Shown: positions 38,868 through 48,148 of the stretch, piece by piece | Layout of the letters: each line of letters starts with the position of its first letter | How positions within the stretch are numbered: position 1 is the first letter of the stretch | Source: a virus | Lineage: Duplodnaviria > Caudoviricetes | Length of the DNA: 64,000 nucleotides | Virus record (IMG/VR): IMGVR_UViG_3300011862_000001 | Coordinates: 172,910 to 236,909 of that record | Strand: one strand, 5' to 3' | The notes under the pieces: generated by a model | Database searches by the model: none | What the model was told of the DNA's origin: nothing | What the model saw: the letters and a program-made list of their open reading frames with translations, nothing else | Position numbers and translations under genes: made by a program

Positions 38868-39419
38868 ATGTTAATTCACAAAATGACCGCTGTGGATGTG
38901 GTGAACACCTACATCCCGACTGTACCGGTGTTGTTCGAGACGGTGAACAAATATCCGGATCAAGACTTCGTGGTGTTTGAAGAAGACAACGTGCCGAAAC
39001 TCGTGTGCCTGTATCGCAGTCACGACGTACTGGGAAAGACCATGCACATCCTGACGGGGGTGGCCCATCTGACCTACGACTTAGAGCTCAGGACAATGCG
39101 CAGTTTCCGTGACCGCTACGGGAAGAAGACCGACCTCGTGGCGTATGATTTACCCCAGCAAGTCCACATTGACGAGGTTGAACCCAACGTGCTGGTCTAT
39201 ACGGCTTCTGAGGTACCGCCGGACGCCATCTTTAAAGGGGTGGAGCTCGACGACTCAGATGACACTATCGGCACGCGTGAGCTGACCGAGATGATTCAGC
39301 AAGCACCGGGGGTGAGTTTCAGTCTTGGTTATCGCAATCCGGCCAAACAAGCAAGCGTTGCGCGCTTCTTAGCCGAAACCCATAATTACCAAATGAGCCG
39401 CCGCATCTACATCCTGTAA
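38868..39419 (+). CDS. Hypothetical protein
   Basis: AGGA RBS before MLIHK. Confidence 0.7.
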   Translation: MLIHKMTAVDVVNTYIPTVPVLFETVNKYPDQDFVVFEEDNVPKLVCLYRSHDVLGKTMHILTGVAHLTYDLELRTMRSFRDRYGKKTDLVAYDLPQQVHIDEVEPNVLVYTASEVPPDAIFKGVELDDSDDTIGTRELTEMIQQAPGVSFSLGYRNPAKQASVARFLAETHNYQMSRRIYIL

Positions 39420-39429
39420 GGAGTTTACC

Positions 39430-39966
39430 ATGCAATACCAAGGTTATATTGTTGCGACTGATAAGCAGAAAGCTTGTCCGGTCATTGTCTTAAAACGTGC
39501 CAGTGCATTGGAATTAGCGGACGTACTGCAAAGCCACACGTTGATTCCGGTCACCGTGGCCATTGGCAATCCGTTTATTAATCGCCCGGAAGACCCGTTC
39601 TTCGAGCCAGCGGTGTTACGCACACTCGGTTGGGACGATATGGAAATCCGTCGTCGTTTGGTCGATAACCCAGCGATGTGTGAGCAAATCACCAACACCA
39701 ACTTCTGGGCGGATGTGATTGCGCACATTGAAGACCCGAATTACGGGCTGGGCGATTTATTTGAGCAAGACCGTGAAAGCTTTATGCAATTACCGGTCAA
39801 CACTGAGCTGTTCTTCAGTTTCCCCGCAAACGTTGACTCAGTACAAGCCCAGCATTACGACGGGGTAATAACCAAAGGCATGGCCGCCTGTCGTGATAGT
39901 ACGCTGGTAATCAGTTTTCGTCCCGACGAAATCCATTACGGTAGTGAAGAACACCTGCCACTTTAA
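39430..39966 (+). CDS. Hypothetical protein
   Basis: AAGGAG RBS, 178 aa. Confidence 0.75.
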   Translation: MQYQGYIVATDKQKACPVIVLKRASALELADVLQSHTLIPVTVAIGNPFINRPEDPFFEPAVLRTLGWDDMEIRRRLVDNPAMCEQITNTNFWADVIAHIEDPNYGLGDLFEQDRESFMQLPVNTELFFSFPANVDSVQAQHYDGVITKGMAACRDSTLVISFRPDEIHYGSEEHLPL

Positions 39967-40039
39967 TCGACAGAGGGGCGCATAGACGCCCCCTTTCTCA
40001 TTTTTTACGCGACTAATCATTCATTGTAGGAGTATCCCT

Positions 40040-40615
40040 ATGTTGCTTTTCCAGAAATATTTCAGCGTCTCTGAGCTCGAACGTCTTCACAAAGAAGACC
40101 TGTTACCACGTGGTGATATACTGGCAACTGCCCGGCGCTATATGGACCACCCGAACAGTGTGCTTTTATTAGTACGCGATGAATCGAGCTGGGAAATCCG
40201 TGGTGTGTTTGTGGATTTACCGGAAGCAGAATTTCCGGCACACCGGCGTATCTATTGCATTTACGCAGGTATCGACGGTCTGCCTGTCAAACACTTCGTC
40301 GAGTATCTGCGTGCCAGTCATTTTGCAATGGCTGAGCTACACTTACCCGCGACCTGTTTGTTAGAGGACGAGGCGTTTAGCTGGACCGTGATGCGCCACC
40401 ATCGCCAAGCGGTCGGTGTGTTAAAAGCGGTGCAGTTAGTCGATGGCGATACGCTGCCACAGAAGCTGCGCAAAATTAAGAACAGTGACGATGTGACAAA
40501 AATGGAAATCCATATTGCCACACCTCTGCGCTTAAAAGAACGCGATATCACCCGTGAGCTGAACGCGCTCGGCTTTGCTACCCGCAAATACATTTATCAC
40601 CTCGTCCCGCAGTAG
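40040..40615 (+). CDS. Hypothetical protein
   Basis: AGGAG RBS, 191 aa. Confidence 0.75.
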   Translation: MLLFQKYFSVSELERLHKEDLLPRGDILATARRYMDHPNSVLLLVRDESSWEIRGVFVDLPEAEFPAHRRIYCIYAGIDGLPVKHFVEYLRASHFAMAELHLPATCLLEDEAFSWTVMRHHRQAVGVLKAVQLVDGDTLPQKLRKIKNSDDVTKMEIHIATPLRLKERDITRELNALGFATRKYIYHLVPQ

Positions 40616-40625
40616 AAAAAAATAT

Positions 40626-40645
40626 AGATATATATTACCCATGTG
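40626..40645 (+). promoter_or_regulatory. Candidate early phage promoter
   Basis: AGATATATATTACCCATGTG. Confidence 0.65.
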
Positions 40646-40694
40646 GAGTTAGGCAATTACTCCCGACCATCATCAATTTATTAAGGATTACATC

Positions 40695-41144
40695 ATGGCG
40701 CGCAGTGTCGAAATGAATACCGTACTGGATACCCTTAACCATCGTAGCGAAATCATCGGTCATCTGAAAACCCACCGTCCGCAATTGCTGGCGCTGTTTT
40801 CAAACGTGCTTACCCAGACCGATAATGCCGCAGCAGGTAAAACACACACCTTCGCCCCGGGTGTGCTGGAGGCGTTACCGTCGCGTGCTAAAATGCATTT
40901 CATGCGTGATTTCTGCGAATGGGCTGAGCGCTTCTCAGAAGAGATTATCGGCGGCGGTGCTATAGAGTTGTCGCATCGTGTGCAGGTGATACCGGGTGTC
41001 GAGCAAACCACGTTTGTGGTGTACGACCGCGAGACCACGTACCACATCCAGTACACGATTACCTTTGACGATCTGGTACCGTACCTGCGTGGCGGCCTGG
41101 ACTGGCATCCAGACAGTCGTACGTTCTTCGTTCCACGTTCCTGA
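40695..41144 (+). CDS. Hypothetical protein
   Basis: AAGGA RBS; followed by a UUCG terminator. Confidence 0.75.
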   Translation: MARSVEMNTVLDTLNHRSEIIGHLKTHRPQLLALFSNVLTQTDNAAAGKTHTFAPGVLEALPSRAKMHFMRDFCEWAERFSEEIIGGGAIELSHRVQVIPGVEQTTFVVYDRETTYHIQYTITFDDLVPYLRGGLDWHPDSRTFFVPRS

Positions 41145-41151
41145 CGTGATC

Positions 41152-41180
41152 GGCGGCCTTCGGGTCGCCGCTTTATTTTC
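41152..41180 (+). terminator. Rho-independent terminator
   Basis: GGCGGCC-TTCG-GGTCGCC followed by a T-rich tract. Confidence 0.75.
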
Positions 41181-41196
41181 AACCCCGGAGACCATC

Positions 41197-41436
41197 ATGG
41201 AAGTCATTGCGGTAAACGCCCAGTACCAAGTTATTCAGCGTTACCGTATCATCACATGCAGCGAAATGCTAGGCGATGTGTATGAAGTCCTGTTGTATAC
41301 GGACGGTGTCGTGGGGATGCTGGGTCGTTCAGCATCACATCGTCCGTTGTGCTGTTCTTTGCTCATTACTGAGCTCACTCCACCGTTTAACACACGTCGA
41401 TTGCATGTGCAATACGGTCGCTATACATTTGATTAG
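41197..41436 (+). CDS. Hypothetical protein (79 aa)
   Basis: GGAG RBS before MEVIAV. Confidence 0.65.
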   Translation: MEVIAVNAQYQVIQRYRIITCSEMLGDVYEVLLYTDGVVGMLGRSASHRPLCCSLLITELTPPFNTRRLHVQYGRYTFD

Positions 41437-41448
41437 AGTATAACAAAA

Positions 41449-41826
41449 ATGCGTAAACTTTTAGCAGTGATTGCCGTTAGTTGTTTTAGCCTGGCCGGCG
41501 GATTAACCGTGGCCGACAGTCGTCCCAAAACCTTAAGCGATTTCCAGCCTGTCGCCAACACCTACCCGGTGTCGCCTGACGAGCAGGAAGTGATGTTGCG
41601 TGAACAGTATGACTTCTATGTCTTTAAGCTGGTCAACCGCACAGGCAAATGTTTGGGCATTGCGTTGGCTAACGGCAAGACTCGCTATTACCAACGCCTG
41701 GACGATATCGGTTGCGACCCGGATGTCGACCATGTCAGCTTAACGCCATCGGAACTCGATGGGTACATTACCATTAACTTCTACCACCAAACGATTAACA
41801 CCGGTCGCATGACCGTCCATCAATAA
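41449..41826 (+). CDS. Secreted small protein, paralog 1
   Basis: Sec-type signal peptide; Cys pair. Confidence 0.7.
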   Translation: MRKLLAVIAVSCFSLAGGLTVADSRPKTLSDFQPVANTYPVSPDEQEVMLREQYDFYVFKLVNRTGKCLGIALANGKTRYYQRLDDIGCDPDVDHVSLTPSELDGYITINFYHQTINTGRMTVHQ

Positions 41827-41836
41827 GGATTTTCTC

Positions 41837-42238
41837 ATGAAACGTTTTCTCGTTGCAGCAAGCTTTGCGCTGACCACCCTCGTGTCGTTTACCGCTGCGG
41901 CGGTAGACGTTTTCATGCCCAACCATATCGTCGATCGCGACGACGGGGAATCAGACTATTGGTGCCAGCCGAGTGACTTAGGTTCCTCGATGTGCACCAT
42001 GGTGGCCGCCTCGGATGATGGCGAATACGTACTGATTAAAGACTCTCCCGGCTATGCGTGTGCAGACAACACGTTTGGTGTGATTAACACCAACGAAGGC
42101 ACCGGCATGAATGTGGACTATGCCGGGGGTGAGTGTAAGGGCGATATTAATGCCCGGTTCGTACGCAATGAAAACCATCAACTGTATGTGCAGATTTACA
42201 ACGGCAAGCATATCCTCGGTAACTACCCCGTTCATTGA
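41837..42238 (+). CDS. Secreted small protein, paralog 2
   Basis: Signal peptide MKRFLVAASFAL...AAA; four Cys. Confidence 0.75.
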   Translation: MKRFLVAASFALTTLVSFTAAAVDVFMPNHIVDRDDGESDYWCQPSDLGSSMCTMVAASDDGEYVLIKDSPGYACADNTFGVINTNEGTGMNVDYAGGECKGDINARFVRNENHQLYVQIYNGKHILGNYPVH

Positions 42239-42250
42239 TAAGGAGATTTC

Positions 42251-42628
42251 ATGAAGCGTTATCTGTTTGCAACATTGCTGTTTTCCGGCCTGGCTATGGC
42301 CCACACCAGCGTCGAAGACCTGACGTTGAAAAGCGTGGTAGATGGGCGTTACAACCCACCTACCTTTGACGTGTGTACCTCAGCTACGTCTGATTGTCGC
42401 GAAGTCGCAACCAAGGATGAGTTTATCCTGGTGCAAAAACCGGGAGACGCTGCCTGTCCGGCCGGTTACTATTTCCTGCTCAACAGCAAAGAAGGGGTCG
42501 TGGATGATGTCAATACCGCGACCTGTGACCCCAGCTTAAAGCTCGGTTTCGCCAAAGACGCCCGCGAGCTCGTAATCACTTTGTTTAATCAGCACATCGG
42601 TCGGCTACCGCTTGACCCGGTGAACTAA
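42251..42628 (+). CDS. Secreted small protein, paralog 3
   Basis: Signal peptide MKRYLF...AMA; four Cys with spacing similar to paralog 2. Confidence 0.75.
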   Translation: MKRYLFATLLFSGLAMAHTSVEDLTLKSVVDGRYNPPTFDVCTSATSDCREVATKDEFILVQKPGDAACPAGYYFLLNSKEGVVDDVNTATCDPSLKLGFAKDARELVITLFNQHIGRLPLDPVN

Positions 42629-42711
42629 TGTCTTTACCTTGGCCCTGTACGAGAGTGTCCCAGCGATTGGGTACAGGGTCCTTTTTCATCGACTATCTAG
42701 GAGTATGGATT

Positions 42712-43251
42712 GTGAATATTTTTGCTACCCTGAATTGCGCCCGTAAGTATTTTGAAGTAATGGTTGCCTACAACATCGACCGTTTCCGTTTACAGTCAAT
42801 GCTCAGTACCGCCCATAAACTGCTACGAGCAAAACGGGCTATTGACCAGCAGTCGAGCGTGGAAGAGCTGCAAGCGCAGATCGCCACTATCAGCGACTAT
42901 TGGTTCTATAAGACAGCACACAGTCCGTTGTTCGCCCAGCACGAAGAAGACTTCCAATTCGTGCGGGACTGGGCTGAGAAGCATCAGCTGAGTTTTAATA
43001 CCAGCGAAGCAAGCTTTGGCACCGACCCGATGTGTCGCCACATGCTGGTATTAAGTCCTTACACCGGGGGTCATGAAGTGTTTGACCTGGAAACCGGTAA
43101 AAGTTTTGCTATTCACACACTGCCGGTGCGTGAGCCGTCGCCTGCGAGCGCCGTGTCCATCGACGGTGTCAGTGTTCCTTTATACAATTTTACTCGTCGT
43201 GAGTGTGATGCGAGCGTGGGTGGCCTGATTAGCCACACCGTTTCGCGTTAG
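42712..43251 (+). CDS. Hypothetical protein
   Basis: GTG start after AGGAG, downstream of a terminator-like hairpin at 42641-42687. Confidence 0.6.
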   Translation: MNIFATLNCARKYFEVMVAYNIDRFRLQSMLSTAHKLLRAKRAIDQQSSVEELQAQIATISDYWFYKTAHSPLFAQHEEDFQFVRDWAEKHQLSFNTSEASFGTDPMCRHMLVLSPYTGGHEVFDLETGKSFAIHTLPVREPSPASAVSIDGVSVPLYNFTRRECDASVGGLISHTVSR

Positions 43252-43306
43252 TCGCCAGGGGTGGGAAGCGATTGCCCACCCCTTTTTTTTATCCCAAGGA
43301 GTTCGC

Positions 43307-43900
43307 ATGTCCATTTATGATAATCAGCTGATTAACACCCTGCACCGTTTACGCGCCTGGGAACGCACGCAAGCAGGTAACAGCTTTGCGCTGACCTGTA
43401 CGCAGTCTACGTTTGCAAAGTTTCTTGCCCATCCGGCGTTAGGTCCGTATCTGCAAGCGGAGTTTCCTAAAGCGCTCGCGCACCTACAAGCGTATCTGGC
43501 ACAGCCTGAGGAGACCCGTGACCCACGCCTTGACCCGTTCCGCCTGGAAGACCGTACTGGGGGTGAGAAGCGTACCCTGCTGCTGTATGCGAACGAAGAG
43601 GGTCATTTCTGCGAAGTGGTTAACTGGGAAGACGAATCTCGCGATACCTTCGCGCTGGGTAAACTCGCCGTCACTGAACCGCGTCGTGCACCGGGGTCTA
43701 TCTATAACTTTGCTACCCCGCACAGTGCGTACCTGGAAATGCTGATTTTGTGTGACACGGTACCTACCTACCGCCACGATTTGTGCATCTGGTTAGCCGA
43801 ACATTTGTATCAGGCCGTCTCCAGTGAAGAGGGCCGTGACTTTGGGAAGTCGTTAGAAATGCTCGACCGCCAACGGGCGATGCTCGAGCAGGAAGCGTAG
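43307..43900 (+). CDS. Hypothetical protein
   Basis: AAGGAG RBS, 197 aa. Confidence 0.75.
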   Translation: MSIYDNQLINTLHRLRAWERTQAGNSFALTCTQSTFAKFLAHPALGPYLQAEFPKALAHLQAYLAQPEETRDPRLDPFRLEDRTGGEKRTLLLYANEEGHFCEVVNWEDESRDTFALGKLAVTEPRRAPGSIYNFATPHSAYLEMLILCDTVPTYRHDLCIWLAEHLYQAVSSEEGRDFGKSLEMLDRQRAMLEQEA

Positions 43901-43908
43901 CTATATCA

Positions 43909-43938
43909 AGAGAATCCTTCGGGATTCTCTTTTTTTTT
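43909..43938 (+). terminator. Rho-independent terminator
   Basis: AGAGAATCC-TTCG-GGATTCTCT followed by a T run. Confidence 0.9.
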
Positions 43939-43941
43939 GGT

Positions 43942-43968
43942 TTTTTACAGCACCACCCAACGATATGG
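43942..43968 (+). promoter_or_regulatory. Candidate middle-type promoter
   Basis: TTTTTACAGCACCACCCAACGATATGG; repeated motif. Confidence 0.55.
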
Positions 43969-44001
43969 ACATCTCACACTTTCGTACTAGGACCCGACGA
44001 C

Positions 44002-46512
44002 ATGCTAAAAGTCGAACGTATTATTCTTAAAGGGTTTACCGGGATGGGCCTGCACGAAATCGAAACGTTTGATTTCCGTGTCCAAGGCAATGTGACCATC
44101 ATCTTAGGTGGTAATGGCTGTGGTAAAAGCAGTTTGTTGGCGGTGTATTTTCCGATAGCTCCGAACAAAAATGAATTCCGCGACGGCGGCTCATACACCA
44201 ACATAGCCCAGATAGATGACGCCCGGTACCAATTCTTTATTAAGCGCACAGGCAACAGCTTAGTGTGCACGATTACTAATCTGACCAGCGGTGAAAAGCT
44301 GGTTGACGGGGTAAACCCGAAAGTCTACAACTCGCGTGTCGAAGAACTGACGCGCCTCAATAAAGAACGCAAAGAGCTGATTAACGGCGAAGCGGTCTTA
44401 ACCCGTGCCAATACCGAACAACGTCGCAAATGGTTCTCTGCGATGTCAACCTCGGATTTAAGCTACGCGCTGGACTTCTACAAAAAGCTGCGTAAGAACT
44501 TAAGCTTGTTAAACGGGGCGATTGACCACACGGCGAAGAAAATCACCGATTTAAAAGTGCGGGTAGTGGAAGAAGAATCCGAACGTGAACGCTTAGCCCA
44601 GCGCATCCGTGAACTGGAAGTGGAACTGGCAGACCTCGGTCATGCGCTCGCCGCGTTACCGGGCCTTAATCGCAGCATCAGTAAAGAGAGTATTGCCGCA
44701 CGCTTACATCAACTCTCTCCGGATGTCAAGCTGATACTGGACGCCCCTAGCCTGCCGACTGCGCATCGCTTAGAAACGCTCCAGGGTCAGCTTAACCACT
44801 GGCGTGACTTAGTTGCGGCGGCCGAAGCCAACAGCGCCACGTACAACAAAGAGCTGTCGATTTTATTGGATGAATCCAACCGTCTGGATTACTTAATGCG
44901 TAACCATGCCGGGTTAAAGGATACCATTCAACGCCTCGACACCACGCTCGCTGAGTTTGGTATTGAACGTTGGCGTTGGCCGGAGTTGGCTGAGAGCGAA
45001 ACGTTAACGCTACCGATGCTCCAGAATGCCCTTAAAGAGACCCGTCAGTGGTCTTCCTCTTTATCCGGGCAAATGGACCAAATTAGCTTTAACGACCCGC
45101 TGCGTGTCATGGAGGAGCGTTTACTGGCCTTTGATGCCAGGACGGCGATGCTCACTGACAACCAACGACGGGTGCAAGGGATGATTGACCGCTTAAATCA
45201 TGACCGCACCCATTTCCTGGAAACGCAGGAAGTCAACTGTCCACGCTGTAACTATATCTTCCGTCCGGGGATTAACGACAGCCTGGAAAACATCGATGAG
45301 CAGTTGCGTATCCAACAGGCTGAACTGAATGGGTTGAACGCCACTCGCGAAGCTCACCTGGTAGACCGCCCACGCCTCGAAGAAGACGTGGTGGCCAAAC
45401 GGGTGGTACGTGACATTGTGATGAGCTATTCGCGTGACCCGGTGATTGCGGTGTTGTTTAAGACCGTGCAAGCCGAAAGCGCCTTCTTATTGCATCGTAA
45501 TAAGCTCGGTGGGTTGATGAACGCGTTCTTCCAGGAGTTGGACGAGGCGATACGTTATCGTCAAACGCTTGAGGCGTTAACCAAAGCCAAACGCGAATGG
45601 GAAGAAGCCGCCCGTGCGGTGGGCAATACCGATACCACGCTTTCTGATAAAATCAATCGCCTACGGGGGTTGTTGGACGCGGAGTCACAGACTTTGACCT
45701 TGAGTCGGGCACAGTTGACCACAGTTCAGCAAGACTACGAACGTGAACAGAAACTCTTTACCGTGCTACACAGCGTACAACGCGCCTGGGAGACGGTGGA
45801 GCAGGAAGTGGAAGTCTCGGTCAACAACGAAGCTGTGCGCCACCTGAGCGCAGTACGTGAGGCCAAATTGGATGCCTATGCCACGGCCCGTGATCGCTAT
45901 CGGATTATGGAAAGTGAGCTGACGACACTCCAGGGGTTGGAGCAGGAACTCAGTGAGTTACGGGTGCGTCAGTTTAACAACCGCCAGATGATTGCGGCAT
46001 TCTCTCCGGAGAAAGGGTTGCTCAGTCGCTACATCTATAACTCTGTGGTGCGTATCACCGAACTGATGAACAAATATATTGATGCTGTGTGGCAGTACCC
46101 GATGCGGGTGTTGCCGTGTGACGTCAGTGAGGGGGACATGGACTACACGTTCCCGTATTTGCTCAAAGACAGCCTGGAACCCGCACCGGATGTCTGCAAA
46201 GCCTCGAAAGCCCAGGGCAAGATGTTTGACCTGGCTTACCGTCTGACCGCGTACAAGGCAATGAACTTACAGGGCTATCCCTTGTTATTGGATGAACCCT
46301 CTGAAGGCATGGACGAAGAACACCGTCACGCACTCGTGGGTTTTATCAAAATGCTCGCTAATTCCGGCGAGTTCTCACAGGTGTTGGTGGTGTCCCACGA
46401 TTCAGATGTGCATTCGAAATTAAACGAGGCCGAATACTGCGTGATAGACCCGTCAGGGGTAACCCTGCCTCCGGTCTACAACGTGGGGACTACCATTATT
46501 TACGCGGATTAA
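44002..46512 (+). CDS. sbcC: SbcC/Rad50-like SMC ATPase (recombination nuclease subunit)
   Basis: Walker A GGNGCGKSS, coiled coils, CPRC zinc hook, Walker B LLLDEP, VSH. Confidence 0.9.
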   Translation: MLKVERIILKGFTGMGLHEIETFDFRVQGNVTIILGGNGCGKSSLLAVYFPIAPNKNEFRDGGSYTNIAQIDDARYQFFIKRTGNSLVCTITNLTSGEKLVDGVNPKVYNSRVEELTRLNKERKELINGEAVLTRANTEQRRKWFSAMSTSDLSYALDFYKKLRKNLSLLNGAIDHTAKKITDLKVRVVEEESERERLAQRIRELEVELADLGHALAALPGLNRSISKESIAARLHQLSPDVKLILDAPSLPTAHRLETLQGQLNHWRDLVAAAEANSATYNKELSILLDESNRLDYLMRNHAGLKDTIQRLDTTLAEFGIERWRWPELAESETLTLPMLQNALKETRQWSSSLSGQMDQISFNDPLRVMEERLLAFDARTAMLTDNQRRVQGMIDRLNHDRTHFLETQEVNCPRCNYIFRPGINDSLENIDEQLRIQQAELNGLNATREAHLVDRPRLEEDVVAKRVVRDIVMSYSRDPVIAVLFKTVQAESAFLLHRNKLGGLMNAFFQELDEAIRYRQTLEALTKAKREWEEAARAVGNTDTTLSDKINRLRGLLDAESQTLTLSRAQLTTVQQDYEREQKLFTVLHSVQRAWETVEQEVEVSVNNEAVRHLSAVREAKLDAYATARDRYRIMESELTTLQGLEQELSELRVRQFNNRQMIAAFSPEKGLLSRYIYNSVVRITELMNKYIDAVWQYPMRVLPCDVSEGDMDYTFPYLLKDSLEPAPDVCKASKAQGKMFDLAYRLTAYKAMNLQGYPLLLDEPSEGMDEEHRHALVGFIKMLANSGEFSQVLVVSHDSDVHSKLNEAEYCVIDPSGVTLPPVYNVGTTIIYAD

Positions 46513-46515
46513 TAC

Positions 46516-46689
46516 ATGTTTAATTTGATTGTTGTTGCGCTCGGCTGGGTGGGTGTATTTTTGTTCGGTGCTTGTTTGTTAGCAAAACTGTTGAGCCGGA
46601 AGCTCATCTCGTTGGTAGTGTACCTTTGGCCATTACCTGGGCGGGTAGTGGACCGGATGTGGAGCAAGTATAAAGGAGCGTTAGGATGA
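46516..46689 (+). CDS. Small membrane protein, 57 aa (not in ORF track)
   Basis: Hand translation MFNLIVVALGWVGVFLFGACLLAKLL...; strongly hydrophobic. Confidence 0.55.
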   Translation: MFNLIVVALGWVGVFLFGACLLAKLLSRKLISLVVYLWPLPGRVVDRMWSKYKGALG

Positions 46690-46814
46690 ATGCAGAACGA
46701 TTCGACACTGTGCTGGTATCAGTGTTGTTTGCAGGGTTGTGTGTATGGTTGGCAGGTTCAGCGTTAAGCTGGGTCATCACACAAGCAAAAAAGAAAGGGG
46801 CAATACATGGATAA
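46686..46814 (+). CDS. Small membrane protein, 42 aa (not in ORF track)
   Basis: ATGA overlap, AAGGAG RBS, one TM followed by KKK. Confidence 0.55.
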   Translation: MNAERFDTVLVSVLFAGLCVWLAGSALSWVITQAKKKGAIHG

Positions 46815-46941
46815 TAAATCAGACGGGGAGCAACCTGCCCCCCAAACTGAAAGATTAACCACGAACGGTAAGCGAAAGCTACTTAACACCCGTCATGGTC
46901 ATTTCACCTACCCAGAGGCAAATAAGAGGAAGGGTAAATGA
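46807..46941 (+). CDS. Small basic protein, 44 aa (not in ORF track)
   Basis: AAGGGG RBS; overlaps both neighbours. Confidence 0.45.
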   Translation: MDNKSDGEQPAPQTERLTTNGKRKLLNTRHGHFTYPEANKRKGK

Positions 46942-47156
46942 CCGATTCTGGTGGCAATGTCAAAACCGTAGTGGGGATACAACTCGGTCTAGTGGGAGTG
47001 GGGGTCGGTAAAGGTGTTCAGCGCTTAGTTGTCGCTGAAGTTGCCGACCCCATGGATTGGTCAATGACATTACGGAACGGTGAGGACTGGCGTGGGGATG
47101 CCCGTCAACACCAGCGACGACTGCGGAACCGTACGCACCGTCGTATCCTGTCATGA
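46938..47156 (+). CDS. Hypothetical protein (72 aa)
   Basis: ATGA overlap, GAGGAAGG RBS. Confidence 0.5.
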   Translation: MTDSGGNVKTVVGIQLGLVGVGVGKGVQRLVVAEVADPMDWSMTLRNGEDWRGDARQHQRRLRNRTHRRILS

Positions 47157-47272
47157 CGCATGGATGATCGTATAAAAAGCCTGCTGTTCGTATGCAGGTA
47201 GCGTATAATACGCGCAGTTCGTTTCGACACTCACCACCCGGTTGACCACAACCGGATTCACTCAGGAAATCC

Positions 47273-47755
47273 ATGATGACCGCGATTGTTATCCTCGATG
47301 ATGCTTCCCAACTGACTTCAGAGCAGCAGAAGCATGTTCTTAATTTGCATTATTCTTTCTTGAACTTTCAACGTTCCGTGTTAGAAGCCAATCACCCGAT
47401 TCCGGACCTGCGCTTATCGCAGCTGTTTTCAGGTAACCGTATCGGTGTGGCGATGAACAACGGTACGCCGGTAGGCTATTGTATCTACCGGGTTATCGCG
47501 GGTGTTTTGAAAATTCGTTCGTTGTATGTAGTAGAGCAGTTCCGACGTAATGGCTTGATGTCTGATTTATTGAACCACATCCGTCAGAATACCACTTTCT
47601 GGCAGGCGCAACTGACAATCCACAAAAACTGTACTGCGGGTCGCGAGTTCTTCGCCAGCCGGGGCTATCAAGCCAAAGCAGACGGTGACTGGTTACAGTT
47701 GGTCTTCTTCGTTCCGGTGACCACAGAAGAATCACCGGCAGCACTGACGGCGTAA
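47273..47755 (+). CDS. GNAT-family acetyltransferase
   Basis: IRSLYVVEQFRRNGLMSDLL (motif A); N..GREFF..RGY (motif B). Confidence 0.8.
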   Translation: MMTAIVILDDASQLTSEQQKHVLNLHYSFLNFQRSVLEANHPIPDLRLSQLFSGNRIGVAMNNGTPVGYCIYRVIAGVLKIRSLYVVEQFRRNGLMSDLLNHIRQNTTFWQAQLTIHKNCTAGREFFASRGYQAKADGDWLQLVFFVPVTTEESPAALTA

Positions 47756-47914
47756 AAATACGCTCTCCTTATGTTTTCCATGTTCACTATGAGTGAATGT
47801 GTTTTAACCTGAGGAGAGCTTTTTATGTTTAACAGTCAAAATGTCGCCGGTTTACCCACTGCGGTCTGCTGGCAAGAATACCAACGTGCCATCCCTTTCT
47901 TAAAGGATACGCTA

Positions 47915-48148
47915 ATGGAAACCCCTAAACACCCTAACGTCGGTACAATCGGTCAGGTTGAGCACGCACAGAGTACGCTCAGTGCAAGCATCACTGGCGC
48001 GGCTACCCCGATGAGTGGTCCTAACCAATGGCTGTCGAAACATCAACAGCCGCTCAATGCCATGAATGCCACCGTTGCAGAGCTGATTGAAGATGCTGTG
48101 CTAAACGGTAAAGACTTCTATGTGGTGAAGATGAGTCCGGTGGTCTAA
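47915..48148 (+). CDS. Small protein with EF-Tu N-terminus-like segment
   Basis: AAGGA RBS before METPKHPNVGTIGQVEHAQSTLSASIT; alternative upstream start at 47825. Confidence 0.6.
   Translation: METPKHPNVGTIGQVEHAQSTLSASITGAATPMSGPNQWLSKHQQPLNAMNATVAELIEDAVLNGKDFYVVKMSPVV

Noticed and set aside
38868-40615. Two hypothetical proteins as degenerate GNATs
   Set aside because: Only a vague C-terminal resemblance and no acetyl-CoA binding motif; not supportable by eye.
44002-46512. sbcC without an adjacent sbcD as a sign of a novel system
   Set aside because: Partner genes are often dispersed in jumbo phages and could lie outside this window.
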